Assembly (NCBI GenBank): GCA_963700145.1
Contig: OY969474.1
Location: 192,001-256,000, forward strand
Source of the DNA: an uncultured Acidobacteriota bacterium
GTDB taxonomy: Bacteria > Acidobacteriota > Thermoanaerobaculia > Multivoradales > UBA5704
Direction: 5' to 3'
DNA length: 64,000 nt
Below the pieces are notes generated by a model. It did no database searches. It worked only from the letters and a program-made list of their open reading frames with translations, and was not told the origin of the DNA. This document shows, one piece after another, positions 10,365 through 20,105 of this stretch. How positions within the stretch are numbered: the first letter of the stretch is position 1; each line of letters begins with the position of its first letter. A program made the position numbers and the translations under genes.

Positions 10365-12842
10365 ATGCGCCGATCGCTGCACCTGCTGCCGCTCGCCCTG
10401 CTGCTCGCCGCCGCGCCGCACCGCGCCGCCGCCAACGGCCCGACCGCCGCGCCGGAGTACGACCTCGTCGTCCGCGGCGGCACGATCTACAACGGCCTCG
10501 GCGGCGAGCCCTACGCCGGCGACGTCGCGGTGCAAGGCGACCGCATCGCCGCGGTCGGGCCGCTGCCGGCCGGCGCGAAGGGGAAGCTCGAGGTGGACGC
10601 CCGCGGCCTCGCCGTCGCCCCGGGCTTCATCAACATGCTCTCCTGGGCGACCGAGTCGCTGCTGGTCGACGGCCGCGGCCAGAGCGACATCCGCCAGGGG
10701 GTGACGCTGGAGGTCATGGGCGAGGGCGGCTCGATGGGGCCGCTCAACGCGGCGATGAAGAAGGAGGGGCTCGAGCAGATGGGCGACCTCAAGTACGAGA
10801 TCGCCTGGACGACCCTCGGCGAGTACCTCGAGCACCTGGAGCGGCGCGGCGTCTCACCGAACGTCGCCTCCTTCGTCGGCGCGACCACCGTGCGCGTCCA
10901 CGAGCTGGCCTACGAGGACCGGCCGCCGACGGCCGAGGAGCTGGCGCGCATGCAGGAGCTGGTGCGCCGGGCGATGGAGGAGGGGGCGCTGGGGGTCGGC
11001 AGCTCGCTCATCTACGCCCCCGCCTTCTACGCCTCGACCGACGAGCTGGTGGCGCTCGCCGAGGTCGCCGGCCGCCACGGCGGCATCTACATCTCGCACA
11101 TGCGGAGCGAGGCCAACCGCCTGCTCGAAGCGCTCGACGAGCTGATCGCGATCGCCCGCCGGGCGCAGCTCCCGGCCGAGATCTACCACTTGAAGGCCGC
11201 TGGCAAGCCCAACTGGGGCAAGCTCGACGGCGTGGTCAAAAAGGTCGAGGAGGCGCGCGCCGCCGGCCTCGCCATCACCGCCGACATGTACACCTACACC
11301 GCCGGGGCGACCGGCCTCGACGCGGCGATGCCGCCGTGGGTGCAGGAGGGCGGGCTCCAGGCCTGGATCGGGCGCCTCAAGGACCCGGCGACGCGCGAGC
11401 GGGTGGCGCGCGAGATGGCGGCGCCGACCGATGAGTGGGAGAACTTCTACGTCGCCGCCGGCCCGGAGCAGATGCTCCTCGTCTCCTTCCGCAACGAGGC
11501 GCTCAAGCCGCTGACCGGCAAGACCCTCGCCGAGGTGGCGAAGCTGCGCGGCAAGTCGCCGCAGGAGACGGCGATGGACCTCGTCATCGAGGACGACAGC
11601 CGCGTCGGCACGGTCTACTTCCTGATGTCCGAGGAGAACGTGCGGCGGCAGATCCGCGACCTCCCCTGGCTGAGCTTCGGCTCGGACGAGGCGGCGCCGG
11701 CCAACGAAGGCGTGTTCCTGAAGTCCCGCAATCACCCGCGCGCCTACGGCAACTTCGCGCGCCTCCTCGGCCGCTACGTGCGCGACGAGAAGCTCCTGCC
11801 GCTCCAGGAGGCGATCCGGCGGCTGACCTCGCTGCCGGCCACGAACCTGAAGCTCCGCGACCGCGGCACGCTGGCGCCCGGCTTCTACGCCGACCTCGTG
11901 GTCTTCGACCCGGCGAAGATCCAGGACCACGCCACCTTCGAGGACCCCCACCACTACGCCACCGGCGTGCGCGACGTCTGGGTCAACGGCGTCGCCGTGC
12001 TGCGCGGCGGCGAGCACACCGGCGCCACACCCGGGCGGGTGGTGCGCGGGCCGGGGTGGACAGGGTGGAAGGCGGTGGAGGAGGGGCTCCTCGCCGACCC
12101 CGACGCCCTCATCGGCCACGCGCGGCGCGCCGCCTACATGGGGCGCTACGAGCAGGCGATCGACCTCTACGGCCGCGGCGCCGAGCGCCACCCGCGCGAC
12201 CCGCGCTTCCTCCGCCACCGCGGCCACCGCTACATCACCCTGCGCCGCTTCGCCGACGCCGAGGCCGACCTGGCGCGCGCCGCGCAGCTCGCCGAGACCC
12301 GCCCGATCGAGGTCGAGCCGGACGGGATGCCCAACCCGCGCAACGTCCCGACCAGCACCCTGCAGGACAACATCTGGTACCACCTCGGGCTGGCGCGCTA
12401 CCTCCAGGGCGACTTCGCGGGGGCGCAGTCGGCCTTCCGCACCGGGCTCGGGGTGGCGACGAACGACGACATGCGGGTGGCGACCACCTACTGGCTCTGG
12501 AACACCTCGCGGCGGCTGGGCCTCGAGGACGACGCCCGCGCGCTGCTCGACCCCATCCGCGCCGACCTGCCGGTCATCGAGAACCACGCCTACCATCGCC
12601 TCCTGCTGCTGTTCAAGGGCGAGGCGACGCCCGACGCGCTCCTCGCCGAGGCGCGGCAGGGGGGCGAGCTGGACGGGGCGACGGTCGGCTACGGCGTCGG
12701 CAACTGGCACTTCGTCCAGGGCCGGCGCGACGAGGCGGCGCGCGTCTGGCGCGAGGTCGTGGCCGGCGGCCCGCGGGCGGCCTTCGGGTTCATTGCCGCC
12801 GAGGCCGAGCTGGCGCGGCTCGCGGAGGAGAAGGCACGATAG
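10365..12842 (+). CDS. N-acyl-D-amino-acid deacylase family amidohydrolase fused to a C-terminal TPR domain
   Basis: Signal peptide; VAPGFIN, SHMRSE, HLKAAG, GSD, HPRAYGNF and ADLVVFDP; after GPGW about 250 aa of TPR-like helices. Confidence 0.85.
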   Translation: MRRSLHLLPLALLLAAAPHRAAANGPTAAPEYDLVVRGGTIYNGLGGEPYAGDVAVQGDRIAAVGPLPAGAKGKLEVDARGLAVAPGFINMLSWATESLLVDGRGQSDIRQGVTLEVMGEGGSMGPLNAAMKKEGLEQMGDLKYEIAWTTLGEYLEHLERRGVSPNVASFVGATTVRVHELAYEDRPPTAEELARMQELVRRAMEEGALGVGSSLIYAPAFYASTDELVALAEVAGRHGGIYISHMRSEANRLLEALDELIAIARRAQLPAEIYHLKAAGKPNWGKLDGVVKKVEEARAAGLAITADMYTYTAGATGLDAAMPPWVQEGGLQAWIGRLKDPATRERVAREMAAPTDEWENFYVAAGPEQMLLVSFRNEALKPLTGKTLAEVAKLRGKSPQETAMDLVIEDDSRVGTVYFLMSEENVRRQIRDLPWLSFGSDEAAPANEGVFLKSRNHPRAYGNFARLLGRYVRDEKLLPLQEAIRRLTSLPATNLKLRDRGTLAPGFYADLVVFDPAKIQDHATFEDPHHYATGVRDVWVNGVAVLRGGEHTGATPGRVVRGPGWTGWKAVEEGLLADPDALIGHARRAAYMGRYEQAIDLYGRGAERHPRDPRFLRHRGHRYITLRRFADAEADLARAAQLAETRPIEVEPDGMPNPRNVPTSTLQDNIWYHLGLARYLQGDFAGAQSAFRTGLGVATNDDMRVATTYWLWNTSRRLGLEDDARALLDPIRADLPVIENHAYHRLLLLFKGEATPDALLAEARQGGELDGATVGYGVGNWHFVQGRRDEAARVWREVVAGGPRAAFGFIAAEAELARLAEEKAR

Positions 12843-12853
12843 CGGCACCGGCG

Positions 12854-13405
12854 GTGGGCCTCTATCCGCGTGTCCTCGGCCCGGCGTGGGAGACGCTGGA
12901 CGAGGCGGTGCGGCGCATGCACACCGCCGGCGCGGGCAGTGCGGTGCGGGGGCTCTTCCGGGTGTGGCGCGGTCCCGGTCTCCCGGCGCGGGCGATCTGC
13001 CGGCTCGGGCGGCTGCCGCCGCCGGGTGAAGCGGTCGAGACCCGCCTCGTGGTCACCGGGGACGGCGAGCGGGAGATCTGGACGAGGAGCTTCGCCGGCC
13101 GGCCGCTGGTCAGCGACGAGCTCGCGGGCGGCGACGGGGTGCTTGTCGAGAGGGTGCCGCCGATCGAGCTGCAATTCCGGCTGGAGGCGCAGGCAGGCGC
13201 GCTCCACTTCCGGCAGGTGGGGGCGGCGCTGCGCTTCGCCGGCCTCCGCGTCCCCCTGCCGGCTTTCCTCGCGCCGCAGGCGACGGCGCGTGAGACGCCC
13301 GCCGGCGGCGGCGCTATCCGCGTGGAAGTGGCGGTGCGCGCGCCGCTGCTCGGACCGATCTTCGGCTACGAAGGGACTGTCGAGCTCACCAAGGGAACGC
13401 CATGA
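12854..13405 (+). CDS. DUF4166-like protein
   Basis: LYPRVLGPAWETLDEAVRRMH...EIWTRSF...LGPIFGYEG; start uncertain (GTG 12854 or ATA 12839). Confidence 0.7.
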   Translation: MGLYPRVLGPAWETLDEAVRRMHTAGAGSAVRGLFRVWRGPGLPARAICRLGRLPPPGEAVETRLVVTGDGEREIWTRSFAGRPLVSDELAGGDGVLVERVPPIELQFRLEAQAGALHFRQVGAALRFAGLRVPLPAFLAPQATARETPAGGGAIRVEVAVRAPLLGPIFGYEGTVELTKGTP

Positions 13406-13986
13406 GGACCGCGCTCTGGATGCTGGCGCTGCAAGGAGTGATCGGGGCCTTCGACACCGTCTACTACCACGAGTGGCGGGCGCGGCTGCCGGCGCGCGGC
13501 CGGGCGATGGCCGCCGAGCTGCACCTGCACGCCGCGCGCGACGTCTTCTACGCCGTGCTCTTCGGCACGCTCCCCTGGATCGCCTGGCAGGGGCTCTGGG
13601 TCGCGGCGCTCGTCGGCGTCCTCGTGACCGAGATCGTGCTCACCCTCTGGGACTTCGTCGTCGAGTCGTTCGTGCGCAAGCCGCTCGGCGACGTCTACCC
13701 CGGCGAGCGCGTCACCCACGCCGTCATGGGCATCCTCTACGGCGGCATGCTCGCCTACCTGCTGCCGACGCTCCGCGCCTGGTGGCGGCTCCCCACCGCG
13801 CTGGTCTTCGCGCCGGCGGACGTCCCGGCGCTCCTGCGCTGGGCGCTCACCGCCATGGCCGCCGGCGTCTTCCTCTCCGGGATGCGCGACCTCTACGCCG
13901 CCTCCGGCGCGCCGCGCGGCGGCTGGCCCTGGCCGGCCGTCGCCGCTACCCCTCCGCCGCCAGCCGCGCCAGCGGCTCGCCGCTGA
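13402..13986 (+). CDS. Conserved membrane protein
   Basis: GAFDTVYYHEW...ELHLH...EIVLTLWDF..E pattern with several TM segments; coupled to the DUF4166-like gene. Confidence 0.7.
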   Translation: MRTALWMLALQGVIGAFDTVYYHEWRARLPARGRAMAAELHLHAARDVFYAVLFGTLPWIAWQGLWVAALVGVLVTEIVLTLWDFVVESFVRKPLGDVYPGERVTHAVMGILYGGMLAYLLPTLRAWWRLPTALVFAPADVPALLRWALTAMAAGVFLSGMRDLYAASGAPRGGWPWPAVAATPPPPAAPAARR

Positions 13987-14431
13987 GGCGGAAGACGATC
14001 CACTCGTCCATCGCCCGCGCCTCCAGGCCCTTGTAGAAGCGGATCGCCGTCTCGTTCCAGTCGAGCACCGCCCACTCCAGCCGGCCGCAGCCGCGCTCCA
14101 CCGCCAGGCGGGCGAGGTGGACGAGGAGCGCCCGGCCGACGCCCTTGCCGCGCGCCTCGGGGCGGACGTAGAGGTCCTCGAGGTAGATCCCCGGCTGCGC
14201 CAGGAAGGTGGAGTAGTTGGGGAAGAAGAGCGCGAAGCCGAGCGGCTCGTCGCCCTCGTAGGCAAGCACCACCTCCGCGCAGGGCCGCGGGCCGAAGAGC
14301 GTGCGGCGGAGCTTCTCCTCGGTCGCCGTCACCGCGTCGAGGAGGCGCTCGTACTCGGCCAGCTCGCGGATGAAGCGGTGGACGAGCGGCAGGTCCGCCT
14401 CGACGGCGGGGACGATACGGAGGTCGGGCAT
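13946..14431 (-). CDS. GNAT acetyltransferase (diamine/spermidine N-acetyltransferase-like)
   Basis: IRELAEYE, NYSTF, IYLEDLYVRPEARGKGVG and WAVLDWNETAIRFY. Confidence 0.9.
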   Translation of the reverse strand: MPDLRIVPAVEADLPLVHRFIRELAEYERLLDAVTATEEKLRRTLFGPRPCAEVVLAYEGDEPLGFALFFPNYSTFLAQPGIYLEDLYVRPEARGKGVGRALLVHLARLAVERGCGRLEWAVLDWNETAIRFYKGLEARAMDEWIVFRLSGEPLARLAAEG

Positions 14432-14446
14432 CGATTGGATCGGCGC

Positions 14447-15268
14447 TTACGCGACGATGCGACGATATCGCGCCTCGACGACCGAGTAGACGCCGAAGGC
14501 GATGAGCCCGAGCGCCACGAGGCCGAGGAGCGCCGGGCCGTAGGGCTGCCGTTCCAGCGCCTCCAGCGCGCCGCCGAAGCCGTGCGCCCGCGAAGGGTCG
14601 TAGCGCAGCGCCGCCTGCACCAGGAAGAGGCCGACGAGGCAGAAGACGGAGCCGCGGGCGGCGATGCCGAAGCGGCCGGCGCGCACCGTCCAGCGCTGCT
14701 CGGCCGGGCTCATCTCGGCGAGGCGGAGGTAACGCTTGAAGGTCTGCCGGACGGCGCGGTAGAGCTGGACGATGCCGCCGATCAGGACCCCGATCCCGAC
14801 CGCCGCCAGCAGCCACCGCCCGAAGGGCCAGGCGAGGAGCGTCGCCGACCAGCTCCGCGCCTGCTGGTCGCCGCTGCTGCTCGCGGCGGCCTCGTCGATG
14901 CGCCCCTGCATGGCCGCCCACGCCGCGGCGCAGGCGAGCGCCCCGTAACCGAGGCCGCCGCCGAAACGCGCGGCGCGCTTGCGCAGGCCGACGAGATCGC
15001 GCCCCAGCCGCGCCGGGTCGAAGATCGCCTCGACGAAGCGCCACGTGGCGTAGCCGGCGATGCCGGCGACGATCAGCCAGAGGAGCAGCCGGCTGAACTG
15101 GCCGGCCTCGGCGACCGCCCCTTTGGGGCCGGTCGTCTCGCCGCCGATCCCCAGCGCCTCCTGCAGCGCCAGGACGCCGATCAGGACGTAGACGACGCCG
15201 CGCGCGACGTGCCCGAAGCGCGCCCAGCGCTCGATCCAGGCGCGGACCTCCGCGGTTTCGATCTCCAT
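14447..15268 (-). CDS. DUF1206 membrane protein
   Basis: Three 'R.G..ARG.V..l.G' repeats; QPYGPALLGLVALGLIAFG. Confidence 0.8.
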   Translation of the reverse strand: MEIETAEVRAWIERWARFGHVARGVVYVLIGVLALQEALGIGGETTGPKGAVAEAGQFSRLLLWLIVAGIAGYATWRFVEAIFDPARLGRDLVGLRKRAARFGGGLGYGALACAAAWAAMQGRIDEAAASSSGDQQARSWSATLLAWPFGRWLLAAVGIGVLIGGIVQLYRAVRQTFKRYLRLAEMSPAEQRWTVRAGRFGIAARGSVFCLVGLFLVQAALRYDPSRAHGFGGALEALERQPYGPALLGLVALGLIAFGVYSVVEARYRRIVA

Positions 15269-15301
15269 GCGGCCGGGCAGAGCACATTGCATGCCCGCCC
15301 A

Positions 15302-15377
15302 CCCAGATCCTTCGCTACGCTGCGCTCCGCTCAGGATGACATGCCATCGTCATCCTGAGCGCAGCGAAGGATCTGGG
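15302..15377. repeat. REP-like palindromic element (GTCATCCTGAGC...GCGAAGGATCT family), inverted pair
   Basis: CCCAGATCCTTCGCT...GCTCAGGATGAC / GTCATCCTGAGCGCAGCGAAGGATCTGGG; related copies at 29391 and about 36427. Confidence 0.85.
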
Positions 15378-15445
15378 GGCGGGAATGACGGATCGCGGGT
15401 GGACGGCGCCGCAGTGCTGGTGTACCGTCCTCCGACCCTCGCCGT

Positions 15446-17635
15446 ATGTCCATCCCCGCAACAAGTCCCCGTTGGGTGGTATTGAAGCTCGGCGCCGCCG
15501 CCTTCTCGACGCCGGAGCGCCGCCGCGCGGCGGCGGCGGTCGCGCGCGAGCGGCGCGCCGAAGGCCTGCGCCCGGTCGTCGTGCTGCCCGAGGGAACGCG
15601 CGCGGACGACGCCGCGGAGGTCGCCCCCGAAGCGCTCCCGACCGAAGGCTCCGACCTTCTCGCCGCCCGCCTCGCCACCGCGCTCGGCGCCGTCCGCTGC
15701 GAGGTCTGGGGCGAGGCGCCCGGCTTCTTTACCGCCGACCCCGCGCTCCTCCCCTCGGCGCGCCTGCTGCGGGCCCTCGACTACGAGGAGGCGCAGGAGC
15801 TGGCGGCGGCCTCGGCGGCGCCGCTCGTCCATCCCGGCGCGCTGCCGGTCCTCGCCCGCGCCGGCGTGCCGCTCCACGCGCGGTCGATCGACCAGCCGGC
15901 GCTGCCGGGGACGGTCGTCTCGGCCGCCTCGCCCGCCGCCGACCCGCAGGTCAAGGCGATCGCCGTCCGGCGCGGCATCACGCTGGTCTCGATGGAGACC
16001 GCCGGCATGTGGCGCGAGGTCGGCTTCCTGGCCGACGTCTTCGCCCGCTTCGCCCGCCACGGCGTCTCGGTGGACGCCGTCTCCTCCTCGGAGACCAACG
16101 TCACCGTCTCGCTCGATTCCTCCGGCGGCGCCCTCGACGCCGCCGCGCTCGACGCCCTCCTCGACGACCTGCGCCGCCGCTGCGAGGCGCGGGCGATCGG
16201 CCCCGCCGCGGCGCTCTCGCTCGTCGGCCGCGGCATCCGCGCCATCCTCCACGAGCTGGCGCCGGTGCTGGAGCTGTTCGCCGAGCTGAAGGTCCACCTC
16301 CTCAGCCAGTCGGCCAGCGACTTGAACCTCACCGTCGTCGTGGACGAGGAGGAAGCCGAGCGGCTGGCCCGGGACCTCCACGGCCTCCTCTTCCAGCACA
16401 CGACCGAGGGCGCCCTCTTCGGCCCCACCTGGGAGGAGCTGCACACCCGGCGCCGCGGGCGCGGCGGGCGCGCCGCGACCGGCCGCGAGATCGCCGGCGC
16501 CGCCGCCCCCTGGTGGGCGGAGCGCCGCGCGGAGCTCCTCGCCCTCGCCGCCGAGCGCGGGCCGCTCTACGTCTACAACTCTGCGGGATTGGAGGCGGCG
16601 GCGCGCTCGCTCCTGGCGCTCCGCGCCGTCGATCGCGTCTTCTACGCCGTCAAGGCGAACTGCCACGCCGGCGTCCTCGCCCTCTTCGCGCGGCTGGGGC
16701 TCGGCTTCGAGTGCGTCTCGGCGGCCGAGCTGGAGCACGTCCGCGCCGTCGTGCCCGGGCTCGACCCCGGGCGTCTCCTCTTCACCCCCAACTTCGCGCG
16801 CCGCGAGGAGTACGAGCAGGCGCTCGGGGCGGGCGTGCGGGTGACGGTCGACAACCTCCACCCACTGGCCGCCTGGCCCGAGCTGTTCGCCGGGCGCGAG
16901 CTCCTCCTGCGCCTCGACCCCGGGCGCGGCCGCGGCCACCACGCCCACGTCCGCACCGCCGGCGCGCAGTCGAAGTTCGGCTTGTCGCAAGGCGAGCTGG
17001 GCCGCTTGGCGCCGCTCCTGGCGCGGACCGGCGCCCGCGTCGTCGGCCTCCACGCCCACGCCGGCAGCGGCATCCGCGCCGCCGAGGCCTGGGAGGAGAC
17101 CGCCGCCTTCCTCGCCGCGGCGGCGGCACGCTTCCCGGAGCTGCGCGCGCTCGACGTCGGCGGCGGCCTCGGCGTGCCGGAGAAGCCCGGCCAGCGGCCG
17201 CTCGACTTGGCCGCGTTCGACGCCGGCCTCGGGCGCGTCAAGGCGGCGAACCCGAACCTGGAGCTGTGGATCGAGCCGGGCCGCTACCTCGTGGCCGGCG
17301 CCGGCGTCCTCCTGGCGCGCGTGGCGCAGGTCAAGAAGAAGGGCGGGGTCGTCTGGGTCGGCCTCGAGACCGGCATGAACTCGCTCATCCGGCCGGCGCT
17401 CTACGGCGCCTACCACCCGATCGTCAACCTCACGCGCCTCGACGAGCCGGCGACCTTGACCGCCCACGTCGTCGGGCCCATCTGCGAGACCGGCGACGTG
17501 CTCGGCCGCGCCCGCCGCCTGGCGCCGGCGGCCGAAGGCGACGTCTTCCTCATCGCCAACGCCGGCGCCTACGGCCGCGTGATGAGCTCGCGCTACAACC
17601 TCAGGGAGCCGGCGGGGGAGTGGCTGCTGGCGTGA
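15446..17635 (+). CDS. lysA: Aspartate kinase-like/ACT + diaminopimelate decarboxylase fusion (kinase domain degenerate)
   Basis: DAPDC motifs YAVKAN, HAGSG, DVGGG, EPGR, GPICETGD and AGAYG; N-terminus has WVVLK, LDYEEAQEL and two ACT domains. Confidence 0.88.
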   Translation: MSIPATSPRWVVLKLGAAAFSTPERRRAAAAVARERRAEGLRPVVVLPEGTRADDAAEVAPEALPTEGSDLLAARLATALGAVRCEVWGEAPGFFTADPALLPSARLLRALDYEEAQELAAASAAPLVHPGALPVLARAGVPLHARSIDQPALPGTVVSAASPAADPQVKAIAVRRGITLVSMETAGMWREVGFLADVFARFARHGVSVDAVSSSETNVTVSLDSSGGALDAAALDALLDDLRRRCEARAIGPAAALSLVGRGIRAILHELAPVLELFAELKVHLLSQSASDLNLTVVVDEEEAERLARDLHGLLFQHTTEGALFGPTWEELHTRRRGRGGRAATGREIAGAAAPWWAERRAELLALAAERGPLYVYNSAGLEAAARSLLALRAVDRVFYAVKANCHAGVLALFARLGLGFECVSAAELEHVRAVVPGLDPGRLLFTPNFARREEYEQALGAGVRVTVDNLHPLAAWPELFAGRELLLRLDPGRGRGHHAHVRTAGAQSKFGLSQGELGRLAPLLARTGARVVGLHAHAGSGIRAAEAWEETAAFLAAAAARFPELRALDVGGGLGVPEKPGQRPLDLAAFDAGLGRVKAANPNLELWIEPGRYLVAGAGVLLARVAQVKKKGGVVWVGLETGMNSLIRPALYGAYHPIVNLTRLDEPATLTAHVVGPICETGDVLGRARRLAPAAEGDVFLIANAGAYGRVMSSRYNLREPAGEWLLA

Positions 17636-19454
17636 GCCAGGGCGCCTCGGCGATCTTCTCGCAGGCGAAGCGGTAGCCGAACTCGACGATGTCCTCCAGC
17701 CGCTCCATGTCGAACATGTCGAAGGGGTCCATCGGCAGGTCGAGGTAGAGGTCCACCTCGCGCTTCGCCTGCTTGGCGTAGACGTCGCTGGCCAGCAGCG
17801 CCGCGCGCATGATGAGGTTGAGGATGTTGGGGAAGGGACGGGGCTTGCCGGCGCGGCGCATGCGGTTGCTCAGGTACTGCCAGGGGGTCGGCGGGTCCTC
17901 CCAGCTCGGGTCGGCGCGCAGGTCGACGGCGGCCGAGACGTCGGAGGCGATGATCCGCCCCGGCGCGAAGCGGCGCATGACGTCGGTCGGCAGGTTGTTG
18001 AGCACGCCGCCGTCGACCAGGAGGTCGCCGTCGCGGTCGACCACCGGCGGCGTGATGCCCGGGATCGTGATGCTCGCCGAGAGCGCGCGGCGGATCGGCC
18101 CGTCGCGGTGGACCTTCACCTCGGTGCGGGTGATGTTGGTCGAGACGCAGAAGAAGGGGAGCCAGAGGTCCTCGATCCGGCCGCCGGCGAACATCATGTC
18201 GAGCATCACCTCGGCCTTCACCTTCGAGAGCAGCGAGACGACCGGCAGGGTGTAGACCTTGTGCGGCGCCATCTCGACCCAGCCGCGGCGGTTCAAGTCC
18301 ACCATCTCCTGCCAGCCGCAGCCGCGGGCGTACTGCGCCGCGATGATCGCCCCCATGCTGGCGCCGCCGATGCGGTCGATCGGCACGCCGGCCTCCTCCA
18401 GCGCGCGCAGGACGCCGATGTGCGCGAAGCCGCGCGCGCCGCCGCCGCCGAGGACGACGCCGATCGACTGGCCGCTCGCCAGGCGCGCCAGGCGCTCGAG
18501 GTCGGCGGCGCGGCCGCGGCGCAGGTGGTGGTGGGCGTCGAAGGGGTAGAGCGCCAGCCAGCCGGCCGTGGCGCGAGGCCGGTCCGCCGACCCGGGGTGG
18601 AGGAGGACCAGCTCCTCGCGGCTCTTGCCGAGAGCGGCGGGCACGAGGACGCCGGCGAGCGCGCCCAGCCCCGGCTCGGCGCCGGCGTCGGCGACGACCA
18701 GCACGCGGTCGGCCTGGCGCAGGCAGCGGCGCGTCCAGGGGGTGGCGGCGGCGTCGCCCAGGTAGACGACGTAGCGGTGCGTGGCTTCCTGCTCGGCGAG
18801 CCAGGCGGTGACCCGGCCGTGGAGCGGGCTGCCGTCGGGGCTGTCGGCGGCGCCGGCGCCGAAGCGGTCGTCGATGGCGGCGGCGCTGGCCACCAGCGCC
18901 GAGCTGGTGCGGGCGAGCGCGGCGTGGAGCCCCGCCGCCAGGTCGGCCATCGGCAGACCCGGAGTGATCGCAACGAGTGTCAAGGAGAGCGGCGCCGCCG
19001 GCAGCTCGCCGACGGCCGGTGCGGGGTCGAGCCACTCGGCGAGGAGCCCGGCCAGCGAGCGCAGCACCGCCGCGTGCCGCTGCAGGATCCCCTCGAAGCG
19101 GTCACGCGAGAGGCGCACCAGGACGGTGTCGCGGAGCGTGCGGACAGTGGCGGTGCGCGGCCGGTCGGTCAGGACGGCGAGCTCGCCGACCGTCTCCCCC
19201 CGCCCCGCCTCCCGCAGCACGACCTCCTCGCCGCTCGGCAGCGTGCGCACAACCGCCAGCCGCCCGCTCGCCACCAGGTATAGGTAGTCGCCGACGTCCC
19301 CCTGCGCGCACACCGTCTCCCCGCCGCCGACGACCCACCATTCCAGCTCCGCCCCGATCTCGTCGAGCACCTCGTCCGGCAGCCCCTTGAAGAGGCGCGC
19401 TGCGCCAAGCAGCGCCCGGACCTCCGGCGCGGACGGGGGAGGGATGGCGGCCAT
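17601..19454 (-). CDS. cNMP-binding patatin-like phospholipase (NTE/RssA family)
   Basis: N-terminal cNMP domain (VGELAVL...PRTATV); GGGGARG, GASMG and DGG patatin motifs. Confidence 0.9.
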   Translation of the reverse strand: MAAIPPPSAPEVRALLGAARLFKGLPDEVLDEIGAELEWWVVGGGETVCAQGDVGDYLYLVASGRLAVVRTLPSGEEVVLREAGRGETVGELAVLTDRPRTATVRTLRDTVLVRLSRDRFEGILQRHAAVLRSLAGLLAEWLDPAPAVGELPAAPLSLTLVAITPGLPMADLAAGLHAALARTSSALVASAAAIDDRFGAGAADSPDGSPLHGRVTAWLAEQEATHRYVVYLGDAAATPWTRRCLRQADRVLVVADAGAEPGLGALAGVLVPAALGKSREELVLLHPGSADRPRATAGWLALYPFDAHHHLRRGRAADLERLARLASGQSIGVVLGGGGARGFAHIGVLRALEEAGVPIDRIGGASMGAIIAAQYARGCGWQEMVDLNRRGWVEMAPHKVYTLPVVSLLSKVKAEVMLDMMFAGGRIEDLWLPFFCVSTNITRTEVKVHRDGPIRRALSASITIPGITPPVVDRDGDLLVDGGVLNNLPTDVMRRFAPGRIIASDVSAAVDLRADPSWEDPPTPWQYLSNRMRRAGKPRPFPNILNLIMRAALLASDVYAKQAKREVDLYLDLPMDPFDMFDMERLEDIVEFGYRFACEKIAEAPWLTPAATPPPAP

Positions 19455-19516
19455 GGGGCCATGAAGTCTAGCAGCGGACGGAGACGTGTGGGTACAATGT
19501 GCTTCCAGGAGGCGCC

Positions 19517-19759
19517 ATGAAGACGCGACTGATCAGCATCGGCAACTCGCGGGGGGTCCGGCTGCCCAAACCACTCATCGAGGAGGCTGGTCTTTCCGAT
19601 GAGGTTGAGATCCGCGTCCGCGCCGGGGCGATCGTGATCGCCGCGGCCACGCAGCCGCGTGCCGGGTGGGCCGAGGCGGCGCAACGGCTGAGCACCCGAG
19701 GTGAGGAGGAGGTTCTCGAAGCGCCTACCCGCTTCGACGAGGAGGAGTGGGAGTGGTAG
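19517..19759 (+). CDS. mazE: AbrB/MazE-family antitoxin
   Basis: MKTRLISIGNSRGVRLPK...; acidic C-terminus; overlaps the toxin start. Confidence 0.85.
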   Translation: MKTRLISIGNSRGVRLPKPLIEEAGLSDEVEIRVRAGAIVIAAATQPRAGWAEAAQRLSTRGEEEVLEAPTRFDEEEWEW

Positions 19760-20085
19760 CCGCAGGTCCCCGGCGCGGCGAGGTCTATCTCATCGATCTG
19801 AACCCGACGCGCGGCGGCGAGATCCGGAAAGTGCGCCCGTGCCTCGTCGTCTCGCCCGAGGAGCTCAATGCCCACCTCCGCACCGTGATCGTCGCGCCGC
19901 TGACGACTGGCAGCCACGCCTACCCGTTCCGTGTGCCGTGTCGCTTCGCCGGCAAGGCCGGGCACGTCGTGCTGGATCAGGTGCGGGCGGTCGATCGGGA
20001 ACGGCTGTTGCGCCGCCTCGGACGCCTCGCGCCCGCCACCGCGCGGCGGGTGCTCGGCGTCCTGCAGGAGATGTTCGCGCTGTAG
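19747..20085 (+). CDS. mazF: PemK/MazF-family toxin endoribonuclease
   Basis: RGEVYLIDLNPTRGGEIRKVRPCLVVS...VIVAPLTT...LDQVRAVDRERL; start at 19747 or 19753. Confidence 0.9.
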   Translation: MGVVAAGPRRGEVYLIDLNPTRGGEIRKVRPCLVVSPEELNAHLRTVIVAPLTTGSHAYPFRVPCRFAGKAGHVVLDQVRAVDRERLLRRLGRLAPATARRVLGVLQEMFAL

Positions 20086-20105
20086 CCCGCAGAGTGCTTC
20101 CGGAT

